A DNA stretch of 64,000 nt from Parasitella parasitica NRRL 2501. Its lineage: Eukaryota; Fungi; Mucoromycota. The notes below the pieces were generated by a model. It worked only from the letters and a program-made list of their open reading frames with translations, ran no database searches and was not told the DNA's origin. The DNA is taken from NCBI GenBank assembly GCA_025201805.1, contig MU619282.1, positions 154,540-218,539 of the forward strand. The letters are read 5' to 3'. How positions within the stretch are numbered: position 1 is the stretch's first letter; every line of letters starts with the position of its first letter. The translations under genes were made by a program, and so were the position numbers. Positions 62,458 through 64,000 of this stretch are shown piece by piece.

Positions 62458-63433
62458 AATAGCTGTTTATTTTGTAAAGTAAAACGTAAATTGAAAAAAT
62501 AAAAACGCTAATTGGGATCTAGCAAACCCGTAAAGTGAGAATAAAAAAACCGCAAATTGGCCAATGAAAAACCCGCAAATTGGAAGTTTGTAAACCCGCA
62601 AAAAAAAATATAAAACCGCAAATTGGTACCGTGAGCACTGTAAGGCTCTTATTTTACAGTAAATTGACGGTATTTAAATTTGTGTTGTGTTGGAAACTGA
62701 GCATTATGCTACAGATTTCGTACTTTTGCTCGATAGTGAGACGCTCTCTTGATTGTTGATTAATGCTTATAGTATAATTGTTTGTCAAAATATGCTTTTT
62801 TAAGAATAAAGAACTAAATGAATTTGACTGGACATGTGTCAAATTAATCTAATAGCTGTAGTACCGTATCAACTATGCATGTGACTGTTTTAAGAGTAAT
62901 AGTCACATGCACGATATAAGGCTATGTAATAATTGTGGCTTACGAACGATATAAGAATAACTCAGATAACAGACCAGATAATTGTTATGATGCAATCATA
63001 TAATATACTGTATCCGTATAACCACTCAAAAAAATTAAATAAACATATCCAATCAGAAAAATAGAATACCCATTGGCTGATATGGTTTTTGAGTTACTGA
63101 AAATGGATAGACTTCCCCTTTGGGAAAAAAAGATCAAATTTACCTTTTATTTCAATATTTTTCTCAAATTAAAGGTGCCCTGGAGAGACTTGAGGGCCTT
63201 TATGAGAGTCTCTCAACTGTTTTTGATATTTTGTAGATATACCAAGGTAGAGTGTTAATTGTATATCTTACTGATATTGAGGAATAAATAAATCGAAACA
63301 AGTAGCTTTCGATATATAATTTATTGTCTGACAAATTATATGAATTGCATGTTAAGAGCAAAAAAAAAAAGAGGCATATGTAAGTATTAATTATTTTTTG
63401 AAATAGTTTATATTGTAAATGTTATAAATATTA

Positions 63434-64000
63434 TCAAGGCTCAGGCTGGTAAGGAATAAAAGATATATCCTTTGCTTTACCTTTTCCCTTCGTTCTTCGG
63501 TTTTTGGCCATCAAAGGAGGCGTCGGTCTAATATGAAGAGGTGTAAGAGGGCGAGAGGGTGGAGCAGGGACAAAAGGCACAGAGGCAGAGGGCACAAAGG
63601 CGGAAGGCACAGAGGCGAAAGGCACAAAGGCAGGAGGCATAGAAGCAGAAGGTAAGGCGGTTGGAAGAAGAGAGGCAGGAGGAACAGAGGCAGATGCTGC
63701 AGAGGGAGAAGACACAAAGGCAGAAGATCCATAATTACTACCTTGGCCAGCCAAGGCAAGTTGTAGCTGCGACGTTAGGAATTGTTGGCTTGTTAACATT
63801 GTCTGGATCATGGCCTGTTGCTGTTTTATCTGTTGATCTTGCTGTTGCAGCTGGAAGGACAGTGCATTCAATAAAGAATTGTGGTGAGATTTGGCCTCAA
63901 CTTCTTGTTTATGATTGCTGTTGATGGTATGCATCATAAAAGCAAATTGCTTGTCAAAGTGTTGGTTGGTGCGCAAGATCTGATTGTTTATTTGCAGAGT
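63434..64000 (-). CDS. 3' part of a hypothetical Q/P/S-rich protein, probably extending beyond the window
   Basis: Open frame with QQQ coiled coil and ASVPPAF-like repeats. Confidence 0.55.
   Translation of the reverse strand, partial: TLQINNQILRTNQHFDKQFAFMMHTINSNHKQEVEAKSHHNSLLNALSFQLQQQDQQIKQQQAMIQTMLTSQQFLTSQLQLALAGQGSNYGSSAFVSSPSAASASVPPASLLPTALPSASMPPAFVPFASVPSAFVPSASVPFVPAPPSRPLTPLHIRPTPPLMAKNRRTKGKGKAKDISFIPYQPEP

Larger units (their letters stand above)
56316..62640. mobile_element. Composite Tc1 element B: 2144-bp inverted arms (56316-58459 / 60497-62640), 2.0-kb spacer
   Basis: Each arm = 1651-bp Tc1 copy (cagtgctcacgg...ccgtgagcactg) plus 493 bp of the same flanking DNA; identical 444-aa transposases. 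Confidence 0.9.

Overview
Eukaryotic, AT-rich, short-intron fungal DNA; gene and TE content point to Mucorales (inference). The window has a conserved gene block at ~29-52 kb (threonine dehydratase, SURF6/RRP14, ankyrin-DIL, ankyrin-FYVE, EF-hand, BTB, PPZ-like phosphatase, OSR1/SPAK-like kinase), plus a bHLH gene and a syntaxin. Transposon-dense regions flank it (Tc1/IS630, Helitron, DIRS, a Fanzor/TnpB-like relic). The main observation is two independent 'composite transposon'-like elements from two different Tc1 families: 12100-22864 (1962-bp inverted arms) and 56316-62640 (2144-bp inverted arms). Each arm encodes an identical, inward-pointing DDE transposase, and the outer TIRs are intact while the inner TIRs are degraded or shortened. 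The flanks rejoin into a plausible empty site. Each spacer holds one apparently intact spliced cargo gene: a PD-(D/E)xK nuclease-like gene in the first and an RRM-like gene in the second. All gene models and repeat boundaries were assembled by eye and need computational confirmation.
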